Assembly: GCA_013044385.1 (NCBI GenBank)
Contig: JABEUN010000068.1
Coordinates: 7,466-71,465, forward strand
DNA: 64,000 nt
Reading direction: 5' to 3'
DNA from: Acidimicrobiaceae bacterium
GTDB lineage: Bacteria; Actinomycetota; Acidimicrobiia; Acidimicrobiales; Acidimicrobiaceae
In this document: in pieces, positions 9,374 to 18,283 of the stretch
Layout: each line of letters begins with the position of its first letter
Position numbering within the stretch: position 1 is the stretch's first letter
Made by a program: the position numbers and the translations under genes
Notes under the pieces: model-generated
What the model was told of the DNA's origin: nothing
The model's database searches: none
What the model saw: only the letters and a program-made list of their open reading frames with translations

Positions 9374-10774
9374 TCATCTGGATCCCTTTACATTTCTATT
9401 CTGCGCGGCCCGTAAGAACCGAGCAGCGGCAGTACCGCTCCCACCGAGGTGTATGTGCATATAGGTCGAGAATATCGTAGGGCTCACATAGCCCGAAGTC
9501 GAAGGTCCGGTACGACCTACGGCCCTTAGATCGCTACCCCCGTCTTGCATTGTGGAGTAGTGGTACTCATGCGCTCTGAACACCTCGTCAGGGCCAAACA
9601 TGGGATTCTCACTGCTGGTACTGGCGATGCGGTAACCAAGTGTCAGACTCCGACCCATCTCTGCTTGACCAGGATGGACTCCTGCGAGCGATTTGCCGTC
9701 GAGAGACGCCCCGAGAATCATGTGGCCCGCACACTCAGCCCAAATGACCCCGCCGGAGCTCGCAAACGCGGCGATACTTTCGAGCAGGTGATGATTCTCT
9801 GCAATCTGATCGATATAGACCTCTGGGTAGCCTCCACCGATTATAAGGCCAGATACTGCTTCTGGGAGAGCTTCGTCAGTTGTGGGGTCGAAGTCGACAA
9901 GTTCCGCGCCAAGTTCACGGAGTATGTCCCGATTTTCAACGTATTCGAATGTGAATGCTCTACCGGTTGCGATAGCGATTTTGGTTCCGTAAAGAGCTGG
10001 GTCGGTGGCTTTGGGGGAAAACTGAGGCATATTTAGCTCTGTCGCATAAAGCAGGAGCCGATCGATATCGAAGCCGTCCTCTATGAGGCCAACGAGGTCC
10101 CGTACAGAATTCCTGGACTCGGCCGGCCGCTCTTGTACCGGGATTAGCCCGAGGTGTCTCGACGGCATGAATTCGTCTGAAGAGCGCGCAAGCCAGCCGA
10201 ACAGCGGTATTCCAAACTCAGCCAGGGTTGTCCGAATCGACTCGACGTGACGAATTCCGGCTACGCGATTTGCGATCACCCCAACTATTTGGAGACTCGG
10301 ATTAACCGCACGCGCTCCAAGTACCGAGGCGGCTATGGAGTCTGAAGCACCAGACGCGTCTACGACAAGGACTATCGGTGCTCCAAGCAGCAGTGCAATC
10401 TCAGCTGTGGAGCCGGTGAGTGCTCGGGGATTGGCCACAATTGGGTCTGGTTCAAATTCAGACTTCACAGTGTCGAGTCTGGTTCCGTCGAATAGCCCCA
10501 TAACTCCTTCGACCACCAGTATGTCTGCTCCCTTTGCTGCTCGGCTTGCACTGATAAGGGCCCCTGCTCGTCCAGTCATGAAAGTGTCGAGATTGTAGGA
10601 GGCATTACCCGTTGCCAAGGTGTGGAACGTCGGATCAATATAGTCCGGGCCAACTTTTGCTCCGGCGACATTCAAGCCGCGCTTTGTCAATGCAGCCATC
10701 AACCCCGTTGCGATGGTGGTTTTTCCTGCGCCGGAATTAAGGGCGGATATCATCAGTACTGAGGTCAATTTCAT
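9374..10774 (-). CDS. cobB: Cobyrinate a,c-diamide synthase
   Basis: 466 aa with an N-terminal P-loop (SALNSGAGKTT) and a C-terminal glutamine amidotransferase region (IWAECAGHMIL), the CobB/CbiA architecture. Confidence 0.9.
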   Translation of the reverse strand: MKLTSVLMISALNSGAGKTTIATGLMAALTKRGLNVAGAKVGPDYIDPTFHTLATGNASYNLDTFMTGRAGALISASRAAKGADILVVEGVMGLFDGTRLDTVKSEFEPDPIVANPRALTGSTAEIALLLGAPIVLVVDASGASDSIAASVLGARAVNPSLQIVGVIANRVAGIRHVESIRTTLAEFGIPLFGWLARSSDEFMPSRHLGLIPVQERPAESRNSVRDLVGLIEDGFDIDRLLLYATELNMPQFSPKATDPALYGTKIAIATGRAFTFEYVENRDILRELGAELVDFDPTTDEALPEAVSGLIIGGGYPEVYIDQIAENHHLLESIAAFASSGGVIWAECAGHMILGASLDGKSLAGVHPGQAEMGRSLTLGYRIASTSSENPMFGPDEVFRAHEYHYSTMQDGGSDLRAVGRTGPSTSGYVSPTIFSTYMHIHLGGSGTAAARFLRAAQNRNVKGSR

Positions 10775-10961
10775 TCCTAGCGAGTCGAAAAACGTGGCGC
10801 ACCCGTGCTCGGTTCACCTCGCAAAGCTACTGAATGATAGCTGTCCGTCAGATCGACTCGCATGCCGACGCGCCCAAGGCTCCAGAAGTATGCCGACAGC
10901 CTAACTCCTAGTCCTTGTTAGATTGAGGAGGTTGACGGCAGACAGGTGGAGGGGTTTTCAA

Positions 10962-11726
10962 GTGGGTTTGGAACTTGCGGACCAGATCAGGTCGGCGTTG
11001 GTTGCTGGCCTTGTCGATATGACAAGTGCGGATGGTGAGACGATTGAAGCCTACGTCGCCTCGCCGGCGGATGATCATCCGAAGGGTTCGGTAGTGGTTA
11101 TTCACCACCTACCAGGATGGGATGAGGCGACAAAGGAGATTGTTCGCAAGTTCGCCTATCACGGCTACAGGGCGATCTGTCCGAATCTTTACTACCGACA
11201 GGCGCCCGGTGCAGCTCCTGACGACGCTGCAGCCCTAGTGCGCAGCCAGGGCGGTATCAGCGACGCCCAGCTGGTAAGTGACGTGGGCGGAGCAGTCGAC
11301 TTCCTAAGGTCACTTCCTGATTCAAATGGCAAAGTCGGAGTCATCGGCTACTGCTCCGGAGGTCGCCAGACCTTTTTGGCCGCGTGCAGTTTGAAAGTTG
11401 ACGCAGCCATTGACTGTTATGGAGCGTTTGTGTTGGGCACCCCTCCCTCGAGCTTCCCGCTGAAGGTCGGTCCACTCGATCACATTGCCAAGGACCTCTC
11501 CTGCGAGCTTCTCGGCCTCTTTGGAGCTGAAGACAGCTTCCCCGCTCCAGATGAGACGGCAAATCTCTCGGAGTTGCTGGACGGACTGGGCAAGACCCAC
11601 GAGTTCGTAACTTACGAAAATGCCGGTCACGCATTCTTTGCCACTGATCGACCGAGCTATCGGGTCGAAGCGGCGAATGAGGGCTGGCAGAAGATCTGGG
11701 GTTTCTTCGGTCGGAAACTCTCCTAG
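10962..11726 (+). CDS. Dienelactone hydrolase family protein
   Basis: The ORF is open from 10923 (TTG). I prefer GTG at 10962, which sits 9 nt after GGAGG. Motifs: VVVIHHLPGWDE, nucleophile elbow GYCSGGR, C-terminal YENAGHAF. Confidence 0.75.
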   Translation: MGLELADQIRSALVAGLVDMTSADGETIEAYVASPADDHPKGSVVVIHHLPGWDEATKEIVRKFAYHGYRAICPNLYYRQAPGAAPDDAAALVRSQGGISDAQLVSDVGGAVDFLRSLPDSNGKVGVIGYCSGGRQTFLAACSLKVDAAIDCYGAFVLGTPPSSFPLKVGPLDHIAKDLSCELLGLFGAEDSFPAPDETANLSELLDGLGKTHEFVTYENAGHAFFATDRPSYRVEAANEGWQKIWGFFGRKLS

Positions 11727-11735
11727 GAGGTCAAG

Positions 11736-12002
11736 ATGTGTACGTACTCAACTGAGAAGGTGCGGATCTCAGGCTCCGCCAAGGGCGCCAGTGGATGGTT
11801 CAAGGCGACTGAGGCGACTGTCTACTTCGATCATCCAGTTCATGCACCGCTTGGCCATTCCCTCAATGTCGACCTGATGAATCCGGAGCAGGGACCCGAG
11901 TTCAGGGCGGCAATGGAACTCGACGCGGAGTCTGCAAGGGGTCTAGCAGAGGCAATCCTTAAGATGCTTGATTCGACACCCGATGGCCTGAAGGATCACT
12001 GA
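11736..12002 (+). CDS. Small conserved hypothetical protein (DUF6295-like)
   Basis: 88 aa starting MCTYSTEKVRISGSAKGASGWF...TVYFDHPVHAP. It sits 10 nt after the hydrolase with an AGGAGG RBS. The family assignment is from memory of actinobacterial MCTY... proteins. Confidence 0.55.
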   Translation: MCTYSTEKVRISGSAKGASGWFKATEATVYFDHPVHAPLGHSLNVDLMNPEQGPEFRAAMELDAESARGLAEAILKMLDSTPDGLKDH

Positions 12003-12223
12003 AGTCGCTGCAAACAGTGCCCCGGTGAGCATACGTAGTTGAGATCGGGTCACTGAGGGAAGCACCATCAGGGGTCACTTTTGCGCCTTTCTGATCTGGT
12101 AGGAGCTGTTGGACCAGATTCGAGCGTTGTCGGCTCTAAGTGGGGCTTAGTACGCAGTTCATCATCCTCACTTGGACCGTCGCGGTATGGCCGCTATAGG
12201 CCTGTCTCTGGTACTTCATGGAC

Positions 12224-12763
12224 CTAACTAGGACTAAATGGCACAATGTGGACTTCATGGCTTCTGTAACCTCTCAGGACTTCACCTGACACGCTGGTAA
12301 GTTGCAGAGCTTCAAAGTGTCCTAAATGTCGATAACAAGGTTGAAAATGGCTGTCGCCGAGGCTGTTGTGGTCTGAGTTGGGAACGGGGTTCGCGACTGA
12401 GAACCCTTCGGCTAGATTACGGAGCGCCCGATATCTGAACTCGAGGTGAAGTAGTTCGGAATTGAAGGTGACCTTACCAATGACGGTCTTCACCGAAGGT
12501 ATTTTGGGTCTGGCCAAGTGCAGTAGGGCTGACGATCTGAGATTTCGATATCGGAGCTCTAGGTGCTTGTGTTGACTCTGGCCAGATTCCTATCCGAGTT
12601 GGGCTTTCGGGCGGACGAGCAAAGCCGGTCGGTTCCCGATCGAGATGAGGAGCTTCGAAAAGTTGAGAACCTCACCCGGATGCTCTGAGCCTGTCGGAGA
12701 TGGGCTACTTATCATTATCGATCCCACATGTAGGTAAGGGCAATCTCTATAGTCGGCCCCCAT
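12224..12763 (-). pseudogene. Candidate interrupted ORF: one reading frame with a single in-frame TAG
   Basis: On the minus strand, an ATG at 12763 opens a 57-codon ORF that ends at TAG (12590-12592). The same frame then stays open for another 121 codons to the stop at 12224-12226, including the 97-aa track ORF. No recognisable domain and no clear RBS. Confidence 0.25.
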
Positions 12764-13385
12764 GATTCGACGACGCAGCGAGGCTGCCTCTGAATTTCAA
12801 GGTGTGATAGCGGCAGAACCAACTAGGGCGCATGTCACAAAAGATGGAATTCAAGCGGAGGGCACAGACTCGGCAGAACAGTAGTAAGTCGTGGTCGCTC
12901 ACCCATTTGGAACCAACGATGGGCACCTGGAGATGTGCACGTTTTTCGTATTTGGTTCACTGGTCTTTGGCAGTACGCGGCCTAGATGTTGGGATTGCAA
13001 TCTCGTTCATCAATCTAAAATCTGACCGCTTAGCTGCTAGCTGCGCGACTCCTGCTCCTGGTTAGAGCGTTGCAGTTATCGAATACGCCCGCAAAGAGCC
13101 ATAACACATCGGCGTAGCGGAATACTCTGGCTGAAGGTTGGTCCGGACGCCGACGCATGAAACTAAGAGCCGTGACAGCCGACCGGCCTGTGAATGTCTT
13201 ACTGCATGGTGCTATTGACTGACAACTCGACATTGCTGCTCGCACTTGGCACCGATGCCGTTGCTTCAAACCTAAAAGACGTGTGGTCGTCGTCGAGGGT
13301 GATTTTTTTCGTGGTATCTGCGGCAGTCGGAGTGTAGTTGCATCGGAACTGGCAATAGAGGCATCAAAAAATGCCCTTGTGGCAA

Positions 13386-13670
13386 CTAGCAAGACAGATG
13401 GATAGCGAATTTCTGTTCGTCCGCATATCGTTCGATGTTCGGGGTGGTCCAAACGTCGGCTGCATGCCAGGAGCTGTCGTTTGAAATGCCCGCCAAGAGG
13501 ATCGTTTGTTCTCTTTCACCAGTATCGGTGAGTCGAATCAGAACAGCAGCACTTGCCAGTTTTTTAATGTTTTCGTATAGAAACTGGTGGTCAAAGCCAC
13601 GTGGGGGCGGATCTAGAGAGTTCCAGATAAGCCTGTACGACCGGCCCAAATTCACACCTATAAATGCCAT
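13386..13670 (-). CDS. Orphan 94-aa hypothetical protein
   Basis: The only globular-looking ORF in the gene-poor stretch (MAFIGVNLGRSYRLIWNSLDPPPRGFDHQFLYENIKKLASAAVLIRLTDTGEREQ...). No obvious RBS and no family recognised. Confidence 0.25.
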   Translation of the reverse strand: MAFIGVNLGRSYRLIWNSLDPPPRGFDHQFLYENIKKLASAAVLIRLTDTGEREQTILLAGISNDSSWHAADVWTTPNIERYADEQKFAIHLSC

Positions 13671-13738
13671 ACCAAAATAGGACTTTGGTTATGTGGGCCG
13701 AATTCTGGTCCGTATTACCAAAGTGCCGGTGGCGTAGG

Positions 13739-14263
13739 TCAGTACTCGATGCCCTTCTTCGCCCCGATGCCCTGCTCGTAGGCGTGTTTGATTTTGCGCA
13801 TCTCGGTCACGGTATCAGCTATGGCGATGATCTCTTCCGGGCAGTCGCGGCCCGTGATTATGACGTTAGTTTTGGGTGAGCGACCTGTTAGAGCGGCGAC
13901 GACGTCTTCTACTGGGACCCATCCGTATTTGACTGCGTAGGTCAGCTCGTCGAATATAAGCATGTCGTACTTCCCCGAGGCGAGCTTCTCTGCCGCTACA
14001 GACCACGCGTGTCTGCCCTTGGCCGCAGTCTCATCCAAGTCCGTGGACTCCCAGGTGAATCCGTCTCCCAGGGTGTGCCACTCAATTCCAAGATGGTCAG
14101 CCAGCTTCTTCTCTCCGACCTTCCACTTTCCGCTCTTGATGAACTGTACAACGCCGACCGTCCAACCTCTGGCCCAGCCTCGCCCCATCACCCCAAATGC
14201 TGCCGAACTCTTACCCTTGCCGTGTCCGGTGTTAACCAGAATTATTGACTCAGCGCGTGCCAT
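13739..14263 (-). CDS. cobO: Cob(I)yrinic acid a,c-diamide adenosyltransferase
   Basis: 174 aa: LVNTGHGKGKSSAAFGVMGRGWARGW...VVQFIKSGKW...LIFDELTYAV, a classic CobO/BtuR. Confidence 0.9.
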   Translation of the reverse strand: MARAESIILVNTGHGKGKSSAAFGVMGRGWARGWTVGVVQFIKSGKWKVGEKKLADHLGIEWHTLGDGFTWESTDLDETAAKGRHAWSVAAEKLASGKYDMLIFDELTYAVKYGWVPVEDVVAALTGRSPKTNVIITGRDCPEEIIAIADTVTEMRKIKHAYEQGIGAKKGIEY

Positions 14264-14269
14264 GCCTAT

Positions 14270-14425
14270 GACGGTAGTATGTAGCAGGCGTCGGGGAACC
14301 CGGTGAAAATCCGGGACTGGGCCGCAACTGTGACTAGGGAGTCAACCCCACTTACCGCCACGGTCTCGCAGGACCGGAAGGCAGGGTGAGGCAGTGATCT
14401 AGGAGTCAGGAGACCCGTGCCGTTT
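14270..14425 (+). promoter_or_regulatory. Cobalamin (AdoCbl) riboswitch
   Basis: Conserved core read directly: GGGGAACCCGGTGAAAATCCGGGACTGGGCCGCAACTGTGA, then GCCACGG...CCGGAAGGC, then the B12 box AGTCAGGAGACCCGTGCC. It ends about 25 nt before the GGAG RBS and GTG start of cobU. Confidence 0.85.
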
Positions 14426-14447
14426 TACTGCGAATTTGGAGTGATGC

Positions 14448-14978
14448 GTGGAATCCATCGACAGGTTCCTTGTGCTGGGTGGCACTCGGTCTGGTAAGTC
14501 GTCATATGCCGAGGAGATATCGAAGCACTTAGGTTGCTTTGACTATCTCGCTACCCTTGATACCTCGGGCGACGAAGCTGCAGCGCAGCGAGTAGCTCTG
14601 CATCGTAAAAGGCGAGCCGACACATTCGCAACCTTTGAACTGACTTCGCCGACGGCACTTGTCGATCACATTCTGCAAGCGCAGCGACCGTTCCTCCTCG
14701 ATTCACTTGGGAACTTCGTAGCATCATCGATGGCTAAAACTGAAAGGTCAGTTGGAGACCTAGTTGTCGCGCTAAGGCAGTGTTCGGTCCCTTGGGTGAT
14801 CGTCAGCGAAGAGGTCGGATTATCGGTCCACCCAGAAACAGAGGTAGGTCGACTGTTCGTGGACCGCCTTGGAAATCTCAACCAGGCAGTAGCTGCAGTT
14901 GCGACCGATGTCTGCCTTGTAGTTGCTGGTATTCCACTCAAACTCAAGATGGCGCCAGCTACCCGAGATTGGTGCTGA
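14448..14978 (+). CDS. cobU: Adenosylcobinamide kinase / adenosylcobinamide-phosphate guanylyltransferase
   Basis: 176 aa with the P-loop LVLGGTRSGKSSYAEE, and CobU/CobP size and layout. Confidence 0.88.
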   Translation: MESIDRFLVLGGTRSGKSSYAEEISKHLGCFDYLATLDTSGDEAAAQRVALHRKRRADTFATFELTSPTALVDHILQAQRPFLLDSLGNFVASSMAKTERSVGDLVVALRQCSVPWVIVSEEVGLSVHPETEVGRLFVDRLGNLNQAVAAVATDVCLVVAGIPLKLKMAPATRDWC

Positions 14979-15716
14979 ATGGGAAAGTCACTGCTCTCCG
15001 CCTTCGGCTTCTTGACCTCTATCAGAGGCTCTACCTCACCAAGTGTGAAGTCGGCCCGCTGGTTCGGGCTGGTTGGCCTTATGGTTGGTGGCTTTGTCGG
15101 AGTGGTCTGGGTGTTAGGCAGCCGAGCGACGACTCCTATTTTGGGAGCGGTCCTGGCCGTGACCGCCGATGTCTTTGCAACTTATGGCCTTCATTACGAC
15201 GGCATTGCCGACTGCGGGGATGGCCTCTTTGCTCACCTGAGTAGGGATCGGCGGCTCGAGGTTATGAGGCAGCCGGTCATCGGTGCTTTTGGGGCCATGG
15301 CACTGGTGCTGACGATAATCCTTCGGGTAGTCGCATTGGGTTCTGTTGAGCCAAGTGTGTGGCTGTTGATTGGTATTTTTTCCATCTCGCGGTCACTAAT
15401 GGCACTGTCGCTCGCGGTATTCACCTATGCAAGAGCTGAAGGTGGAATGGCCACCGCCTTTGCCGGATCACTTTCCAGCTGGACCGACCGAGTGGTTTGG
15501 GCCGTCGTTCTGGTTGTATCGGTCTTTATATATCTCAGGTGTGCCGGGATTTATGCCGGTCCTGTGTCTCTTTTTCTTGGCCTAGTTGCTTGGTTCTGGT
15601 TCTCAAAAAGGGGGGTACGCCTGCTCGGTGGATACACCGGTGACCTGGTCGGTGGTGCCGGAATTCTGTTCGAGACGGTCGCTTTGGTGGCGCTCAGAGT
15701 GGCGGTTGCGAGATGA
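14979..15716 (+). CDS. cobS: Adenosylcobinamide-GDP ribazoletransferase (cobalamin synthase)
   Basis: 245-aa polytopic membrane protein with HYDGIADCGDGLFA, the CobS/CobV signature. It starts directly after the cobU stop. Confidence 0.85.
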   Translation: MGKSLLSAFGFLTSIRGSTSPSVKSARWFGLVGLMVGGFVGVVWVLGSRATTPILGAVLAVTADVFATYGLHYDGIADCGDGLFAHLSRDRRLEVMRQPVIGAFGAMALVLTIILRVVALGSVEPSVWLLIGIFSISRSLMALSLAVFTYARAEGGMATAFAGSLSSWTDRVVWAVVLVVSVFIYLRCAGIYAGPVSLFLGLVAWFWFSKRGVRLLGGYTGDLVGGAGILFETVALVALRVAVAR

Positions 15717-16684
15717 CTCGTCGGACAGAGTTTGGGTCCGCAGGACAGCTGGGTAGGAGGATGCTTGGAGCCGCCGCCGGATTGTTGCTCGATCGAATAC
15801 TCGGTGAGCTACCCGCCAGGGTCCATCCGGTAGTGATGTTTGGAAAATCCGCTCGACGGTTGGAGGACCATATCTGGTCAGATAGCTTCCTGTCAGGTTC
15901 ATTTGCCTGGACGTTTCTCCTGGGTACCATCTGGGTCGTTGGGTCGATTCCTTCCGAATCGATAGCGTCAGTTGCCCTTAGCGCATATCTATCAACGGCA
16001 GAGAGAAGTCTTCTGACAGAGGCTGGGGCAGTAGCGGATCTGCTCGAAGAAGGAGATATTGAAGGGGCGAGAGGCAGGTTGCTGGCTCTTGTCGGTCGCG
16101 ATAGAGACTCCCTGGATACTACGGGCATTGCCAAGGCCGTCGTCGAGTCAGTAGCCGAGAACACGGTCGATGCGGTCGTGGCGCCGCTGTTCTGGTCCGC
16201 AGTTTTTGGGGTGAGGGGTGCTCTGGCGTATCGGGCGATAAATACTCTCGATTCGATGTTCGGCCACCGAAGTGAGATGTACAGACGGTTCGGTTGGGCA
16301 TCAGCTCGGACAGATGATCTGGTGAACTACTTTCCAGCCAGGATTGTCCTACTCCTTGCTTCGTACGTTGGACCGATCCGACAACGACCTGCCGCCGCAC
16401 TAGAAGATGCCAGACTTCATCCCTCGCCCAATGCTGGCGTCGCCGAGGCAAGCTTCGCAAGGGCCCTCTCCGTTAGGCTGGGGGGGTCGCTCAGCTATAG
16501 CGGAGTCACCGAGTCTCGACCGATTCTCGCCCCATTTGGATCGGACCCCAAACCATCTGATGTCCGCGCCGCAATAAGGCTCTCAAGACGTTTGGATACG
16601 GTTATCTCCTTAGTGCTAATGGTTGTCGGACTGCTGCTCGTCGGTTTTGATGAAATCATGCACAAAGAGGATGGTCGCCCGTGA
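15713..16684 (+). CDS. cobD: Adenosylcobinamide-phosphate synthase
   Basis: 323-aa membrane protein with HPVVMFGK, ENTVDAVVAPLFW and MFGHRS motifs typical of CobD/CbiB. It has 4-nt overlaps on both sides. Confidence 0.88.
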   Translation: MTRRTEFGSAGQLGRRMLGAAAGLLLDRILGELPARVHPVVMFGKSARRLEDHIWSDSFLSGSFAWTFLLGTIWVVGSIPSESIASVALSAYLSTAERSLLTEAGAVADLLEEGDIEGARGRLLALVGRDRDSLDTTGIAKAVVESVAENTVDAVVAPLFWSAVFGVRGALAYRAINTLDSMFGHRSEMYRRFGWASARTDDLVNYFPARIVLLLASYVGPIRQRPAAALEDARLHPSPNAGVAEASFARALSVRLGGSLSYSGVTESRPILAPFGSDPKPSDVRAAIRLSRRLDTVISLVLMVVGLLLVGFDEIMHKEDGRP

Positions 16685-18204
16685 CCAGGCCGAAGATGAT
16701 CGTCGGTACGTCGTCAGACGCAGGTAAGTCGACTGTAGTCGCCGCAGTGTGCAGGTATCTGGCAAATCAGGGGATGAAGGTCGTCCCGTTCAAAAGCCAG
16801 AACATGGCGCTCAACTCTGCAGTGACCGAGGACGGTTTCGAAATCGGGAGGGCCCAGTATGCGCAGGCGTTTGCCGCCCGGACCAGAGCAACGGTCGAAA
16901 TGAACCCGATCCTGCTCAAGCCTGAGTCTGACCGGACCTCACAGGTGATTTTGAACGGCGAAAGTATCGGGAGCTACTCGGCTGTGGACTACCAGACGAT
17001 GAAGGCGAGCTTGATCGATGGCGTTCTGGACTCATTCAGTGTGCTCGAAAGAGATGCGGATGTGGTGATTATGGAAGGTGCTGGGTCGCCTGCAGAGATC
17101 AACCTACTGGAGTACGACATCGTCAATCTAAATCTTGCCGAGCGAGTGTCTGCTCGGGCTGCGCTGGTTGCCGATATCGACCGCGGGGGAGTCTTCGCTC
17201 ACATTCTCGGCACCTACTCGATCCTGCCAGAGAACCTTAGGGGACTCCTCGATGGATACCTGATCAACAGGTTCCGAGGTGACGTCTCTCTCCTCGGATC
17301 CGGGTTGACCGAGTTGAGTTCTCGGATCGGGTCTGAGTGCTTCGGAACTCTTCCCTACCTCAAGAGCACGATGCTGGACAAGGAGGATTCGCTCTCATTA
17401 GCAGAGCGAGGACCGGCGCGACCAAGTGGAAAAGTGCTGGATGTACCCCTGCGGATCCGAGTGGTTCGATTACCGCACCTCTCCAACTACACCGATTTTG
17501 ATCCCTTATCCTTGGAGCCATCCTGTGAGGTCAGCTATGTCGACTCACCTTCCGGACTTGCAGACGCGGACCTCGTGATTCTCCCTGGTTCAAAGTCGAC
17601 CATCGGCGATTTGAACTGGTTGCGGAGCCGCTTCGGAGATTCGATAAGTAGATATATAGATTCGGGCCGTTTTCTCATGGGCGTCTGTGGTGGATATCAG
17701 ATGCTTGGAGAGGAAATAGAAGACGGGGTCGAGTGCGAAGTGGAGGGGACCGAGGGTATGGGTCTGCTCGATGTGACCACTCACTTCAAAGAACAGAAGC
17801 TCACCTTGCAGCGGAGCGGAAACTATATTGGTTCAACTCTCGACGATGGACCGAGCGTCTCTGGTTACCAGATACACAACGGAAGGGTCGCCGCCGGGCC
17901 ATCGAACCGTCCAATTTTCAGACTCATCGAGTCACCTGCACGAGCCCGCTTCGGAATAGACGATGGCGTGGCTGGTAATGAGGGTTCGCGCTCGGGGAAC
18001 GTGTTTGGCACGACTCTGCATGGCGTTTTCGAAGCAGACGGATTCAGGCGGAACCTCCTAGAGGAGGTGGCCAGGTCCAGGGACAGGCGTTATGAGCCAG
18101 GCAGAGGATTTTATGAGGTCAGGGAGCTGCATTACGAATCACTGGCGAAGTGGCTGTTACAAGGGACGGAAGCTTCGGGCTTCCTCCCATGGTTGAAGGG
18201 TTGA
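16681..18204 (+). CDS. cobQ: Cobyric acid synthase
   Basis: 507 aa: IVGTSSDAGKSTVVAAVCRYL, MEGAGSPAEINL and a C-terminal GATase (GVCGGYQMLG). Confidence 0.9.
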   Translation: MTRPKMIVGTSSDAGKSTVVAAVCRYLANQGMKVVPFKSQNMALNSAVTEDGFEIGRAQYAQAFAARTRATVEMNPILLKPESDRTSQVILNGESIGSYSAVDYQTMKASLIDGVLDSFSVLERDADVVIMEGAGSPAEINLLEYDIVNLNLAERVSARAALVADIDRGGVFAHILGTYSILPENLRGLLDGYLINRFRGDVSLLGSGLTELSSRIGSECFGTLPYLKSTMLDKEDSLSLAERGPARPSGKVLDVPLRIRVVRLPHLSNYTDFDPLSLEPSCEVSYVDSPSGLADADLVILPGSKSTIGDLNWLRSRFGDSISRYIDSGRFLMGVCGGYQMLGEEIEDGVECEVEGTEGMGLLDVTTHFKEQKLTLQRSGNYIGSTLDDGPSVSGYQIHNGRVAAGPSNRPIFRLIESPARARFGIDDGVAGNEGSRSGNVFGTTLHGVFEADGFRRNLLEEVARSRDRRYEPGRGFYEVRELHYESLAKWLLQGTEASGFLPWLKG

Positions 18205-18283
18205 ACCACGTGTTCATCGGTTTCAACCTAGGTGACCACTGTCGCCAAAGCACACCGGAGCGCGTCTTCGCGCAGAACTTGAA

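Noticed and set aside
10775-10961. Possible second cobalamin riboswitch on the minus strand upstream of cobB.
   Set aside because: I read the reverse complement. It has no GGTGAAAATCC-like core, no GCCACTG element and no AGYCAGGAGACC B12 box in the correct order. AGTCGATCTGACGGAC is only a superficial resemblance.
13030-13075. tmRNA-like tag ending (…AASS stop) and a possible small RNA near GCAGCTAGCAGCTAA.
   Set aside because: There is no tRNA-like acceptor or T-arm nearby and no resume-codon context. Actinobacterial tags end in ALAA-type sequences, so this is a coincidental resemblance.
13030-13452. 140-aa minus-strand ORF in the gene-poor stretch.
   Set aside because: The translation is dominated by Arg/Ser/Thr runs (PRKKSPSTTTTRLLGLKQRHRCQVRAA...TRSRSRAASS). 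It overlaps the more protein-like 94-aa ORF, and it has no start context or motifs. I treat it as a chance or relic frame, not a gene.
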